Virus record (IMG/VR): IMGVR_UViG_3300033153_010544
Span: 1 to 30,620 of that record
Source: a virus
Lineage: Duplodnaviria; Caudoviricetes
Direction: 5' to 3' (one strand)
DNA: 30,620 nt
Shown: positions 1-9,416 of the stretch, in pieces
Layout of the letters: each line of letters starts with the position of its first letter
How positions within the stretch are numbered: position 1 is the stretch's first letter
Notes under the pieces: model-generated
Database searches by the model: none
What the model was told of the DNA's origin: nothing
The model's input: only the letters and a program-made list of their open reading frames with translations
Position numbers and translations under genes: made by a program

Positions 1-2334
1 GAACCTACAGGAGATACACCTAATGACATCAAACTCTATTACCCCAGCCGCGCTAAAGGACTCCCAAGGCAGCTTAGGTTATTCAACCAACGAGTGGTTG
101 GACGCAGCCCTGGACGAGTTAGTCCGGCAGAACGTGAGGGAGGCAGGGGCAGCGATCAACTCCCCACTCCACAAGAGATTATCGAAGCTGGCAAAAGAGA
201 CGGCGCATTTGACCGTGCAGATTTTACAGGGGCCGAAGCAGCAGTAACCAGAGAAGCCCACACGGATGCACTCCGGATACTCACTAATGGTATTGAATAT
301 CAATACTGGGGTATCCCCAAAGGATCTACACCATACAAAGTGCTTTCGGGTGATCTGGACATTTCTACAATGAAACCGGAACAGTTTACCGTTAACGAGC
401 TGCGCGGTATGGCCAGACTGGTTTCAACAAGTGAAACCGGCACAAAGGCTGAGTTGCTTGAACGGGTGATAAACAATCTGAATGTGGCAGATAGTTTGGA
501 CAGTTTTGCCTCTACAGATCGGCCCGTACTGGAAATGGATAATAAATATAAGCTGGCAGACCTTCAGCTCTTTGCCAGTTTCCTTGGTGTTAATCCGGTA
601 GGCAAAAAGCTGGAAGTCGCCGATAGGGTGTGGCGCAAATATATCCAAGATCGTTACCATACCATTAAGGGCTACATCCAGTTTCATGAAGATACCAAAA
701 AAGAGATACCTAAAGATGTTGCCGAAACATGGATTGAAACTCAGGACTTGTACCATAAAGCCTGGGGTGATGCACTGACGGTAAAACTTCCGGAAGTTGC
801 AGTGTCTCTTAATCCAAATTTTGAGCGTGGTGGTCTGGTTTCTACCGGTGAACTGTTTGATGCTTTGAAGCAGGCGGATCCCAAGCTGGATAAACGGCGC
901 TTCGACCGAATGATTAAAGATAGATTGCGCCAGGATTTCTTACTTTATAAAACACAAAATCCGGAAGGCTTGCCTGAAGTTGAGCGTGCCGCATTGGTTA
1001 AGATTGATGGCGTGTATTATGGTCAGGTTGGCAAGAAGGGTGTTTCTACTGTGGATGTTGCTGATCTGGTTAGTAAAATAGACTCTCCCCAGATGATTAA
1101 AGCCCTTCGACAAACCGGGTTTGACATTACAAGACAACGCGATCTTGGGACGCAACTCGGGATTCTGGGTATAGAGTACCCCTCTATCAAGAAAGCCTTA
1201 AAGTCGGCCTCTGATAAGCTCAGCAACCTATCTAAGCAGGCAGCCGCAGAGTCAGATACTGATCTTCAGATGATGCTCATGGAAACCGAGACTACTTTAG
1301 CAACCGCCAGTGATTTTATGGCTGCTTTTGCCGGCGAGAAGAACGGTATGAGCAAGTTGGCTGACCAGTATCGAGACCAAACGGCACCGATTAAAAATGA
1401 ATCAATCATCCGTCAGGTATTTTATAATGAAATGCCGGTACGGATTTCCGGACCGATTGAGCAATATATGGCCACACGTCAAGCTAAAGAAGCCTACGCT
1501 AAGCGCTATATGCGTGACCAGGGTGTCACCTTGGACGATATCAAGCGCTTATTTAAGGGCACTAACGTGATTAAAAAAGCTGACGGATCTGTAGCTGTAA
1601 CCACGCCTAATGGACAGCAGCTAATAATCAAGTCGGTAGATTCGGTGGATGTTAATAACGCCAACTTTTATGTGAACATGGGTCGGGTTCCTGTAAAAGG
1701 TGAAACCGCCATAGGAAAATATGCTGACGGCAAGATTGAATTACATAAAGATCTGGCTGACAACTGGGTTTTAGCTCACGAGTCGTACCACTGGCTGGAA
1801 GATGTAGGCTTTATTACATCTAAAGAATCAGACATCCTGCGAGATCACATCCAGGAACTACATGCCAACAACATGTGGGAATCAAGAAACATTAAAGATG
1901 TGGGCGGCGCTGAAGACAGGGCAAATTATATTTCCTGGTCCATTAATAATCGAGCTAAACAGACAGGGATTATTGAGAAGATCATACAAAAGATCAAAGA
2001 CCTGATTAATGGGTTCGTGGGTATATTTAAGCTTACTCCCCAGAGCATTGTCAGGGATATTGAGACCGGCAAGATTTATCAGGGTCCGAAACAGAAACCG
2101 TTTGCCCGAAAGTTTTTGGCTCCGCAATATCAGACAACTGCTTATCATGGATCCCCTTCTTTCTTTAAGCGTTTTCGCACCAGGTTTATTGGATCTGGAG
2201 AAGGGGCACAAGCCTTTGGGTGGGGTCTGTATTTTACTGACGAAAAGAGTAGACCTTTCCTGGAAAGCAGCTGGCGGAACGGTTGCAATTTGGGAAAGTC
2301 GTCAACCAACCAGTTACAGCCCGACTATGTTTAA
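1..2334 (+). CDS. Giant polyvalent/virion ejection protein, N-proximal part (5'-truncated): two SAP-like motifs, zincin metallopeptidase, first half of an ART-PolyVal-like domain
   Basis: Frame is open from base 1. Motifs FTVNELRGMARLVSTSETGTKAELLERV (SAP-like), LAHESYH (HExxH), AYHGSP..F.RF....IGSGEGAQAFGWGLYFT. Confidence 0.8.
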   Translation, partial: EPTGDTPNDIKLYYPSRAKGLPRQLRLFNQRVVGRSPGRVSPAEREGGRGSDQLPTPQEIIEAGKRDGAFDRADFTGAEAAVTREAHTDALRILTNGIEYQYWGIPKGSTPYKVLSGDLDISTMKPEQFTVNELRGMARLVSTSETGTKAELLERVINNLNVADSLDSFASTDRPVLEMDNKYKLADLQLFASFLGVNPVGKKLEVADRVWRKYIQDRYHTIKGYIQFHEDTKKEIPKDVAETWIETQDLYHKAWGDALTVKLPEVAVSLNPNFERGGLVSTGELFDALKQADPKLDKRRFDRMIKDRLRQDFLLYKTQNPEGLPEVERAALVKIDGVYYGQVGKKGVSTVDVADLVSKIDSPQMIKALRQTGFDITRQRDLGTQLGILGIEYPSIKKALKSASDKLSNLSKQAAAESDTDLQMMLMETETTLATASDFMAAFAGEKNGMSKLADQYRDQTAPIKNESIIRQVFYNEMPVRISGPIEQYMATRQAKEAYAKRYMRDQGVTLDDIKRLFKGTNVIKKADGSVAVTTPNGQQLIIKSVDSVDVNNANFYVNMGRVPVKGETAIGKYADGKIELHKDLADNWVLAHESYHWLEDVGFITSKESDILRDHIQELHANNMWESRNIKDVGGAEDRANYISWSINNRAKQTGIIEKIIQKIKDLINGFVGIFKLTPQSIVRDIETGKIYQGPKQKPFARKFLAPQYQTTAYHGSPSFFKRFRTRFIGSGEGAQAFGWGLYFTDEKSRPFLESSWRNGCNLGKSSTNQLQPDYV
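23..247 (+). CDS. Candidate overprinted 74-aa helical protein nested in the giant gene
   Basis: AGGAG RBS at 9-13, ATG at 23; amphipathic translation where the host frame is R/G/S/P-rich. Confidence 0.5.
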   Translation: MTSNSITPAALKDSQGSLGYSTNEWLDAALDELVRQNVREAGAAINSPLHKRLSKLAKETAHLTVQILQGPKQQ

Positions 2335-5300
2335 AACGGAAATGATGAAGAAGGCGCGTGATGACAGTCACGCAAACACACTGGCTATTACCAAAGCTAC
2401 GCTGGTTGAAGATTTGATGATTGAAGACTATGCTATGCACGCAGCCTACCATAATACCGGCGAGGCGGGTGTGGTAGCAGCCATCCAGGATGTTGTTGAT
2501 AATCTTATTGCAGGCTACGAACTCGACCGTCAGAGCGCTGAGGGCAAGGATCGTCAGGACGGGCAGGATTCTATTGATTATCTAAGGGCTATCCGTCCCG
2601 ATTCTATCAGTCAGCTGACAATGAAGCGGCCAAAAACCAAGGCGGTTTATAAAGTTACCCTACATAAGGGTAAGGATCCCAGCGAATATGATTGGTTGGA
2701 TTGGGACAAAGCTTTGTCGAAAGAGATCTTGGGAAAAATTATAAATCAATCTGAAAAAAAGGATATAGCTCAATATAGAATGAAAACATTTGGTAGATTA
2801 AAACATTGGTTCGATAAAGATTTAGATAGTTATGATTATACAAACCTTGGAGTTGGGCAAAATGCTTATGAAGAAATATCTACTGCTTTGGGTGGAGACA
2901 AAGAAGCTTCCCTGTTCCTTTTAAGAGCAGGTATAGATGGTATCAAATTTCCGTCCGGCACTCTATCCGGTATTAAAGATTCGCCGCATTTTAACTATAC
3001 GGTCTTTGACGAAAGTGCTGTTGATATCGAGGCTGTTGAACAGTATACCACAGCCACTCCCCAGGACGAAGAATTTATGCGAGAGCATGGCAACAGCGCA
3101 GCTGCTGAAAATGTGAGTAGATCCCTGCGTGATTATGCCATGACGAGTTGGGGCAAGATCGGTCGGTGGATGCTTAAAAAGAGAGAGATAGGAATTGGCG
3201 AACTTGAAGATACTACCGCATGGGAACGCCTGTTGTTTACGCCTATTCATTATTTCGGTAAGGTGCCAGCTGCCGGAGCCATGGTTGAGGACGGAACTAA
3301 TCGTTCAGACAATTATTTCAAAGGGCTGAACTTTATAGAAAAAGATTCTAACAAAAAATCCAGGCTACAAATCGGGAAAAAGCTGAAAAAAACAAACAAA
3401 AAAGAATATCGAGCCATCAATAAGTACCTGGACGACAACGATATGAATAAATATGGCTATACGGTAAAGATGAAAGAGGGCATCGAGGAATCAGTGGGCA
3501 AGACCTTCGAGATAAAAGATCCGGACGGAAAGGTTGTTGGTACTGCCAATAGTTATGATGATGGTTGGGCTGAAGCGACACGGCTGGAAGTAGCCAAATT
3601 GGCCGAGCTGGGATACTCTGAATTGGCTCAGGATTGGGTCCAGGGCACCAGAGAAATGTCTCATAATGTTTTTAACATTTTGCGTGGAGCGATCAACGAT
3701 CTAACTAAACGATACGCTGCTAAGGGAATGAGTCTTCCCAGTGTTGCCACCTGGGTAGATGGCGCACGGGTGGAAGTAGACCTGAAGGTAGCACTGGCTA
3801 AAATGGGTAATATGCGTGGATACTTTATGCCACGAATCCGCAAGCCCGGACGTTTCAGCATGTATGCAAAACCCAAGAAGGGTTATGAGAACAAACTCCA
3901 TCCAATCCTTAAGCATTTTGAGTCAGAGCTTTTCGCTGCTGAAGAAGCCAGCAGGAAAAAGTATGATAATTATATTGTTGATATTGAGAAGATTAATAAG
4001 ATGCCGGAAGATATTTTTAAAATAGCCGGACAGGTCGTGGCGTTTCAGGAGATAATGAACAAGGCGCTGGAGCAGGTCTCTGGTGAGATGAAGAAGGGCG
4101 TAGCCGCCGACGTTATGGCAGAGCTGGAAAAGGCACAGTTGGAGATGGGTAAGCAGCTGGCTGAAGGTGTGGCTAATCTCTTTAAGGGTCGTGGTGTTAG
4201 AACGCATATGATTATGCGAAATGATGCTGTCGGTGTTGGGGTGTGGAAGGGTTATGAAGAAGATTCAGTACAACGCATGGCTAAATATGTGAGGGGCGTA
4301 GCTGCCGGTGAAGCTAAAAAGAAAATGATGCTGGACATGCTGCGACACATGACCGGTACCGATATTTCATGGCAGGAATATCAAGCCGAACATACCAAGG
4401 CGGGTCTGGATACCACCTATAAGGATTATCTGGAATTTGTTAAAAATCGGCGTATTGATCCTGTTAAACAGCGAAACATTTTTCACGATGCTTTAACCTA
4501 TATGGAAGATATGGGTCGAAACGACGAAGCTGTGGACAGAATAATTGGTACGGTCAAGGGCCTGGCTGTGTTGAAATTTCTGGCCGGTCGGCCAGCAGCT
4601 GTAGCGGTCAACCTTACCAACCTTGGTATGGCTGTACCAGCAACAATGCGAGCTTTTGCCAACATCCCTATGCGAAAGACCCCTGGATTTTTAGTTGATG
4701 CCATGAAGGGATACCTGGAATACTATCGTGCAGGAAGATCTGATAGAGATCCAAACATCCCAGGATGGATGAATGATCTGTTTGAAGAAATCGAGGATAG
4801 CGGGTGGCATGCTGCCCAGTACAACAAAGAAGCCTTATCGTTACTTAAATCTAAGGTCGGCAATGGTTATGATACCATGCTTGAGGTTTTAATGATGGGT
4901 TTTGGTGTTTCTGAGCAGATAAATCGTATGGCTACTATAGCAGGGTCTTATATCGGACAACGTAAAATAAACCAAAAAAAATGGGATAGCGCCGGTGCCG
5001 AACAAAAGAAAGTGTTGCACAAAGAATGGATGGCAAATTCCAAAAAGGCTTCTGATATGGCTCATGGGGTTTATTCTAAGGCAAACCGACCACATTATGC
5101 CAGGGGTGCCAATCCGTTGGCACGGACGGCGCAAATGTTTTATGTATTTAAAACATTCAGCCATAACTATTTGCAGACGATGTATGATTTAGGTTTTAAA
5201 ACAAAAGATAGGACTGCTTTACTCTATATGGCATTAGCCCCAGCTGTTATTGGTGGGGCAACATCATCTTTATTAATCAAGGCTGTGATCGAAGCCTTTG

Positions 5301-6016
5301 GATTGCTACCGGGTGCTCCGGATGAACCGGAAGAAGCTATGTATGAATGGCTGGAAGCCAACTGGGGCGAAACAACGGAACAGATCGTCCGGTTGGGTGC
5401 TTTTGGTTTGGGTGGTCATGGTGTATCGTTGAAGGGATCTTTGGATATTTCAATCTTTGATGTCCCCACCACCTTGAAAGATTTGATGGGAGCACCTGGG
5501 TCTCTGGTATCTGACGTAGTGGTCGGTGGGAAGTCGATCCTGCGCGGTGATTTTGCAAAGGGAATTGAGCGCATATCACCCAATTTTATCGGGTCTGGGA
5601 TCAAAGCTTACCGTGAATCTACTCAGGGTGTGACAACAAGCTCCAATGCGCCACTGTTTTATGGACGTGAGGTGGTTAAATTGGATGGGATGGAGACCAT
5701 AATAAGAGGTCTTACTTTTAATCCTGCCAGGATAGCTAAGATTCGTGAACGCCAGTGGAAAGAACGCAAGGTCGAACAAAACATGGCTGATTTACGGCAT
5801 GACATTTATGCCAGGATTAAAGCCTTTTACAATCGACCCAAAGAGAAGCGATCAAAGTCTCGTTATATGGATATTTTAGAGGAAATTCGAGTTTATAACG
5901 TCTTAGTTCAGCGATCCGGAAAACCCTTCCCGGTTATCACGCACAAGTCTATCAAGAATAATCTGAGGCGTGCCTTTAGGCCATCCAGACGTGAACGGTT
6001 AAGGAGGACGTATTAA
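2243..6016 (+). CDS. Giant polyvalent/virion ejection protein, C-terminal part (second half of the ART-like domain plus a long helical region); joined to the upstream ORF across a +1 frame break
   Basis: VYKV...LDWDK...ASLFLLRAGIDGIKF...NYTVFD completes the domain begun by YHGS in the other frame; the computed start at 2009 is not credible. Confidence 0.8.
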   Translation, partial: KRVDLSWKAAGGTVAIWESRQPTSYSPTMFKTEMMKKARDDSHANTLAITKATLVEDLMIEDYAMHAAYHNTGEAGVVAAIQDVVDNLIAGYELDRQSAEGKDRQDGQDSIDYLRAIRPDSISQLTMKRPKTKAVYKVTLHKGKDPSEYDWLDWDKALSKEILGKIINQSEKKDIAQYRMKTFGRLKHWFDKDLDSYDYTNLGVGQNAYEEISTALGGDKEASLFLLRAGIDGIKFPSGTLSGIKDSPHFNYTVFDESAVDIEAVEQYTTATPQDEEFMREHGNSAAAENVSRSLRDYAMTSWGKIGRWMLKKREIGIGELEDTTAWERLLFTPIHYFGKVPAAGAMVEDGTNRSDNYFKGLNFIEKDSNKKSRLQIGKKLKKTNKKEYRAINKYLDDNDMNKYGYTVKMKEGIEESVGKTFEIKDPDGKVVGTANSYDDGWAEATRLEVAKLAELGYSELAQDWVQGTREMSHNVFNILRGAINDLTKRYAAKGMSLPSVATWVDGARVEVDLKVALAKMGNMRGYFMPRIRKPGRFSMYAKPKKGYENKLHPILKHFESELFAAEEASRKKYDNYIVDIEKINKMPEDIFKIAGQVVAFQEIMNKALEQVSGEMKKGVAADVMAELEKAQLEMGKQLAEGVANLFKGRGVRTHMIMRNDAVGVGVWKGYEEDSVQRMAKYVRGVAAGEAKKKMMLDMLRHMTGTDISWQEYQAEHTKAGLDTTYKDYLEFVKNRRIDPVKQRNIFHDALTYMEDMGRNDEAVDRIIGTVKGLAVLKFLAGRPAAVAVNLTNLGMAVPATMRAFANIPMRKTPGFLVDAMKGYLEYYRAGRSDRDPNIPGWMNDLFEEIEDSGWHAAQYNKEALSLLKSKVGNGYDTMLEVLMMGFGVSEQINRMATIAGSYIGQRKINQKKWDSAGAEQKKVLHKEWMANSKKASDMAHGVYSKANRPHYARGANPLARTAQMFYVFKTFSHNYLQTMYDLGFKTKDRTALLYMALAPAVIGGATSSLLIKAVIEAFGLLPGAPDEPEEAMYEWLEANWGETTEQIVRLGAFGLGGHGVSLKGSLDISIFDVPTTLKDLMGAPGSLVSDVVVGGKSILRGDFAKGIERISPNFIGSGIKAYRESTQGVTTSSNAPLFYGREVVKLDGMETIIRGLTFNPARIAKIRERQWKERKVEQNMADLRHDIYARIKAFYNRPKEKRSKSRYMDILEEIRVYNVLVQRSGKPFPVITHKSIKNNLRRAFRPSRRERLRRTY

Positions 6017-6044
6017 TTATTCATAATAATAATGGAGGTGCATC

Positions 6045-6278
6045 ATGTCAGCGACAAAAAGACCAGATTTTTATACTACCTTATCGGTAACGATAAAGGG
6101 AAAAACTCATTCAAGAACTTTTGATTTAACTCCAGGAAGTCTTAGGGGAAAACCATTAACCGAAAAAGAATATAATGAGTGTGTGAAACCCTTAATGTTA
6201 CTCATGACAATAGTGTTGAGGGAACACGGAAAGCTTATTGAGACTTCTCAATTTAAAGAAGCATACAAACAAGGATAG
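6045..6278 (+). CDS. Hypothetical protein
   Basis: GGAGGT RBS; fills the gap. Confidence 0.7.
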   Translation: MSATKRPDFYTTLSVTIKGKTHSRTFDLTPGSLRGKPLTEKEYNECVKPLMLLMTIVLREHGKLIETSQFKEAYKQG

Positions 6279-6282
6279 ACCA

Positions 6283-6711
6283 ATGATGACAGAAGATGAA
6301 AAACGAAGCGTTATGATTCAAGTGGCTATGAGCTATCATGGTACTTTTTATTCCTGGGGTGGCGACGATCCTGACAGTTTTGATTGCAGCGGCCTGCTCG
6401 TCGAATGTGGAAAATCTATCGGGGTTTTGCCAAGGAGGGGTGATTGGCCGGCAAGAGGGCTTTATGCCCGGTGGATAGGTAATGAAGTAACCATTCCGAA
6501 AGCTGGAGATGTTGTGTTCTGGGAAAACAAAACCAAAAACGATATCGTTCATGTCGAGATTATTCTAAACAGTGAACTTTCAATCGGTGCGTCTGGTGGT
6601 GGAAGCAGAACAAAAACAAGGCAGGATGCTATCAGGGATAACGCTTTTATTAAAATAAGGCCATTTAAAACCCGGCCCTATATAAAAGGGTTTTTTAATC
6701 CATATATTTAA
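6283..6711 (+). CDS. NlpC/P60 peptidoglycan peptidase (probable endolysin)
   Basis: YSWGG...FDCSGL, GDVVFW, HV motifs; start moved to the ATG after AAGGA. Confidence 0.88.
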   Translation: MMTEDEKRSVMIQVAMSYHGTFYSWGGDDPDSFDCSGLLVECGKSIGVLPRRGDWPARGLYARWIGNEVTIPKAGDVVFWENKTKNDIVHVEIILNSELSIGASGGGSRTKTRQDAIRDNAFIKIRPFKTRPYIKGFFNPYI

Positions 6712-6729
6712 TAAAAAAGGAGAGGAAAT

Positions 6730-7185
6730 ATGAGTTGGCTTACAGCGATAAAAAATTTTGCATTGGGTGCCCCACAAATTACAACGGATATATTCGATAA
6801 GAATGATGGGCTGCTTGTAAAGGTCGGAGGGTTTTTCAACGGTCTTCATCTTTCTGAATCTGAAAAGTTAGAACATAATATTAAGATGGGACAAGGTGTT
6901 ACAGAATTTGTAAAGGCTACCCTTGGAGAGAATACAGAAAAAAGCAAGGCAAGAAGGGAGCTTGCTGTATTGTGGATAAAGGTTCAGCTGCATTTAGTGT
7001 TGATAAACGTTATCTGTGTTCCCTTAGCTGTGCTGTTTCCTGAGCAAGGCAAGCCTATGTTTGACATGATGCTTCAGATTACACTTAGTTGGTTAATGGT
7101 GGGTGGCACGGTTTCTGTCATGGCGTATTTCTTTGGCACATATGGTTGGGGTACCTATGTCAGCGGAAAGAAAAAAAAATCATGA
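6730..7185 (+). CDS. Probable holin
   Basis: Two C-terminal hydrophobic helices, YFFG motif, basic tail, next to the endolysin. Confidence 0.7.
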   Translation: MSWLTAIKNFALGAPQITTDIFDKNDGLLVKVGGFFNGLHLSESEKLEHNIKMGQGVTEFVKATLGENTEKSKARRELAVLWIKVQLHLVLINVICVPLAVLFPEQGKPMFDMMLQITLSWLMVGGTVSVMAYFFGTYGWGTYVSGKKKKS

Positions 7186-7192
7186 CAACTGG

Positions 7193-7384
7193 TTATACCA
7201 TGTCTCGCAAACTGGTAATCGATACGATACAACATTCGCTATACTCTTTTTCATCTCCCTTATAATATGTTTGCCACCATGCACACTGGTCTTCACAACA
7301 CGGATAAGGACCCTCTGGGTTTGGTAATGTCATTGGGCAAATCTTTTCAACCGGTTCGTTGTCAGGTGAGTCTTTAATGCTCAT
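7193..7384 (-). CDS. Small Cys-rich protein, paralog of 16773-16973
   Basis: CPMTLPNP..CCEDQCAWW motif; AAGGA RBS. Confidence 0.8.
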   Translation of the reverse strand: MSIKDSPDNEPVEKICPMTLPNPEGPYPCCEDQCAWWQTYYKGDEKEYSECCIVSITSLRDMV

Positions 7385-7397
7385 TTTGTTTTATCCT

Positions 7398-7577
7398 TTA
7401 GTCTTGTTTTATAATTGATTTCACAACATTAGCCAACGCTGCTATGGCTGCTCCTTGATTTCCAAAATATTCAGCAACGGTCTTTCCATTGAAGGGTTGA
7501 CCGTCAAACTTCTCTGCATCATTCTTCATGTCTGCTGCTATCATTTCCAAAACTTTTATTTTGTCTTTATGTCCCAT
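7398..7577 (-). CDS. Hypothetical protein
   Basis: Start MGHKDK after GAGG; the longer computed start runs through a hairpin. Confidence 0.7.
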   Translation of the reverse strand: MGHKDKIKVLEMIAADMKNDAEKFDGQPFNGKTVAEYFGNQGAAIAALANVVKSIIKQD

Positions 7578-7592
7578 TTTACTTTGCCTCTT

Positions 7593-7642
7593 AAAAATAT
7601 AACGGGCGGATAGATGGAAAAGTCCGTCCACCCACCCGTTAT
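7593..7642 (-). terminator. Long hairpin: intrinsic terminator or processing stem
   Basis: About 20-bp stem AACGGGTGGGTGGACGGA/TCCATCTATCCGCCCGTT; three of its four non-canonical positions are G-U pairs on the minus strand; followed by TATTTTT. Confidence 0.7.
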
Positions 7643-7649
7643 CTTTCGT

Positions 7650-7988
7650 TTATTCTTTTTTTATTTCCTCGTTTTTGTCCTTTGTTTCGGCCTGTACTGA
7701 TTCCGGAGCTGGCTTTGGAGCTGGAACTGAAGCTGGAGCTGGCTTTGGAGCTGGAACTGAAGCTGGAGCTGGCCCTGGTACTGGTACTGCTTGGCCTTGC
7801 TCACTACCCGGTTGTGGCTGATTCATTTGAATATCCACCTGTACCAACATGAGTGGAGCCGGGAGTACTGCGTTTTGTTCCTTGGCTACAAACAACCGGT
7901 CGGTCAGTCGCATAATGACAAGGTACGATTTTCCGTTTTGTTGAACCACGGATCCAAAGGACAGTGTGTTAAGTAGATTGTTCAACAT
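7650..7988 (-). CDS. Hypothetical protein with Pro/Ala-rich tail
   Basis: AAGGAG RBS before MLNNLL; PAPASVPAPK repeats. Confidence 0.75.
   Translation of the reverse strand: MLNNLLNTLSFGSVVQQNGKSYLVIMRLTDRLFVAKEQNAVLPAPLMLVQVDIQMNQPQPGSEQGQAVPVPGPAPASVPAPKPAPASVPAPKPAPESVQAETKDKNEEIKKE
7705..7773. repeat. 30-bp tandem repeat, about 2.3 copies, in frame
   Basis: ggctttggagctggaactgaagctggagct repeated exactly. Confidence 0.95.
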
Positions 7989-8280
7989 CTTTTTTTCTCC
8001 TTTCGCTGTGCGTTTTAACCCAGGCTTCCATTTTTTCCCTGGACCCCCAGCATATTGCCGGGGTGTGGTTATAAAAATAATCTGCATAGGCTGCGATGTT
8101 ATGGAAGTTTACATCGTCGGCTTTGGCAAAAGCCTCTTTAAGATCATTGCAGATAACAGCCTGGAGAAACCCACCAGGCTTAATTCCTTCGTTGACATAG
8201 AGGTCGATGCCGTCACCCATATAGTCTGGGATGTAATACGGACGACCCATAAGCGTTGCTTCATGTTTTGGCATTAGCAT
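7969..8280 (-). CDS. Conserved phage hypothetical protein
   Basis: GIKPGGFLQAVICNDL...A.CWGS motif; AAGGA RBS. Confidence 0.8.
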   Translation of the reverse strand: MLMPKHEATLMGRPYYIPDYMGDGIDLYVNEGIKPGGFLQAVICNDLKEAFAKADDVNFHNIAAYADYFYNHTPAICWGSREKMEAWVKTHSERRKKDVEQST

Positions 8281-8329
8281 TATTCCTTTCGTTGCGTGCA
8301 ACTTTTTGGTTTTGGCGTACAGTAATTTA

Positions 8330-8605
8330 CTATGCTTCAATATTGTTAGCTTCTAAAACCGCCGTCTCTAAATCCTTTGCAGCTTTGAAAAATTTGTCAA
8401 CAAAAGAGTAAAGGTTCTTAAACTCGTAGGTATTTTGTAATTCCTTTATTTTTGTTATCGTTGTTGCGTAATCGATTGCTGGAATTTTCTGACCTATTTC
8501 TATCGTGCTTGGAGTTTTCCCGTTTACCGAAGTTAAAATATTTTTGACCTCATGCAGGGTTGCCTTTATCAAAAAGCCATCTTGGGTTTTTGCTGTGATT
8601 TTCAT
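8330..8605 (-). CDS. Hypothetical protein
   Basis: AAGGAG RBS; operon position. Confidence 0.75.
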   Translation of the reverse strand: MKITAKTQDGFLIKATLHEVKNILTSVNGKTPSTIEIGQKIPAIDYATTITKIKELQNTYEFKNLYSFVDKFFKAAKDLETAVLEANNIEA

Positions 8606-8626
8606 TTTTTTCTCCTTGTTAAAATT

Positions 8627-8941
8627 TCAACGGTCGCGTTCAGCCGCGCCGGTGCCGTCTTCGCTGGTGCCACAATTGCACAGGTGGCCCTTTAAATTAT
8701 AGTTTCCACATTTAGGGCATCGCCATTGCATGGGACCAAGGCCCTGGGTTGGCTCGGTTCCTTTTTTGAACCGATCAGACTCGGGACAGGTTGACCAGTG
8801 AACGACCCGACCCTTAAATGTCACTCCACCCATGGTGATGATCGTTACTTCTTCCGGATCTACCGGCATATTTTTCCCTTTGGATGTTTTAACCCAAACA
8901 ATAGGTCGCCCACACCCTTTACACTTAGCCCGTTTATTCAT
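8627..8941 (-). CDS. Zn-binding hypothetical protein
   Basis: CKGC, HWSTC, CPKC..CNC; ATGA coupling; AAGGAG RBS. Confidence 0.75.
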   Translation of the reverse strand: MNKRAKCKGCGRPIVWVKTSKGKNMPVDPEEVTIITMGGVTFKGRVVHWSTCPESDRFKKGTEPTQGLGPMQWRCPKCGNYNLKGHLCNCGTSEDGTGAAERDR

Positions 8942-9220
8942 TTCTTGTCTCCTTTTCTTCTTTCCTTCCATGCGTTCCACTCTAAGGCTCTTTTTTCGGA
9001 CATATCATATTCAATCATGCCGCAATCATCACACTTTGGGCAAGTATGTATTAGATAATATCCTGTTTCCCAATCACCGTCTTGTTCGGTTCCACATTCG
9101 GATAGACTACCACGCCAATCACACTCTTGACATATGGCAATGTCAGGACCTGGTTCTGGATCTTTCTCTGTTTCTTCGATAAGTTTTTGAAGATTAATCA
9201 CTGTTGAGATCTCTATTCAT
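8938..9220 (-). CDS. Zn-ribbon protein; the ATG at 9220 is out of frame with the body (or GTG start at 9201)
   Basis: CQEC...CPKC; the GAGGA RBS precedes the out-of-frame ATG. Confidence 0.65.
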
Positions 9221-9229
9221 TTTGATTCC

Positions 9230-9385
9230 TCAAACTTTTTTTAGTAGTATGCGGATTAACTCCGCCCGAAGGGTTAGAATCTCACGGATCGCTTCCCTTA
9301 AAGTGCTGGCAACATAATAATGGCTTTTTTCAGTTTCCGTCTGTTTCAGCAGGTCTTCCATTTTCGCTATCAGGTCCATTACCAT
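9230..9385 (-). CDS. 51-aa helical hypothetical protein (not in ORF track)
   Basis: MVMDLIAKMEDLLKQTETEKSHYYVASTLREAIREILTLRAELIRILLKKV. Confidence 0.7.
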   Translation of the reverse strand: MVMDLIAKMEDLLKQTETEKSHYYVASTLREAIREILTLRAELIRILLKKV

Positions 9386-9416
9386 TATCCTTTTTAAATT
9401 TCGTTTTTTGTTTATT

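Noticed and set aside
2009-2242. N-terminus of the computed 1335-aa ORF
   Set aside because: Overlaps conserved motifs encoded in frame 1; shadow sequence
7705-7773. CRISPR-like array
   Set aside because: Spacerless in-frame tandem repeat encoding a Pro/Ala linker
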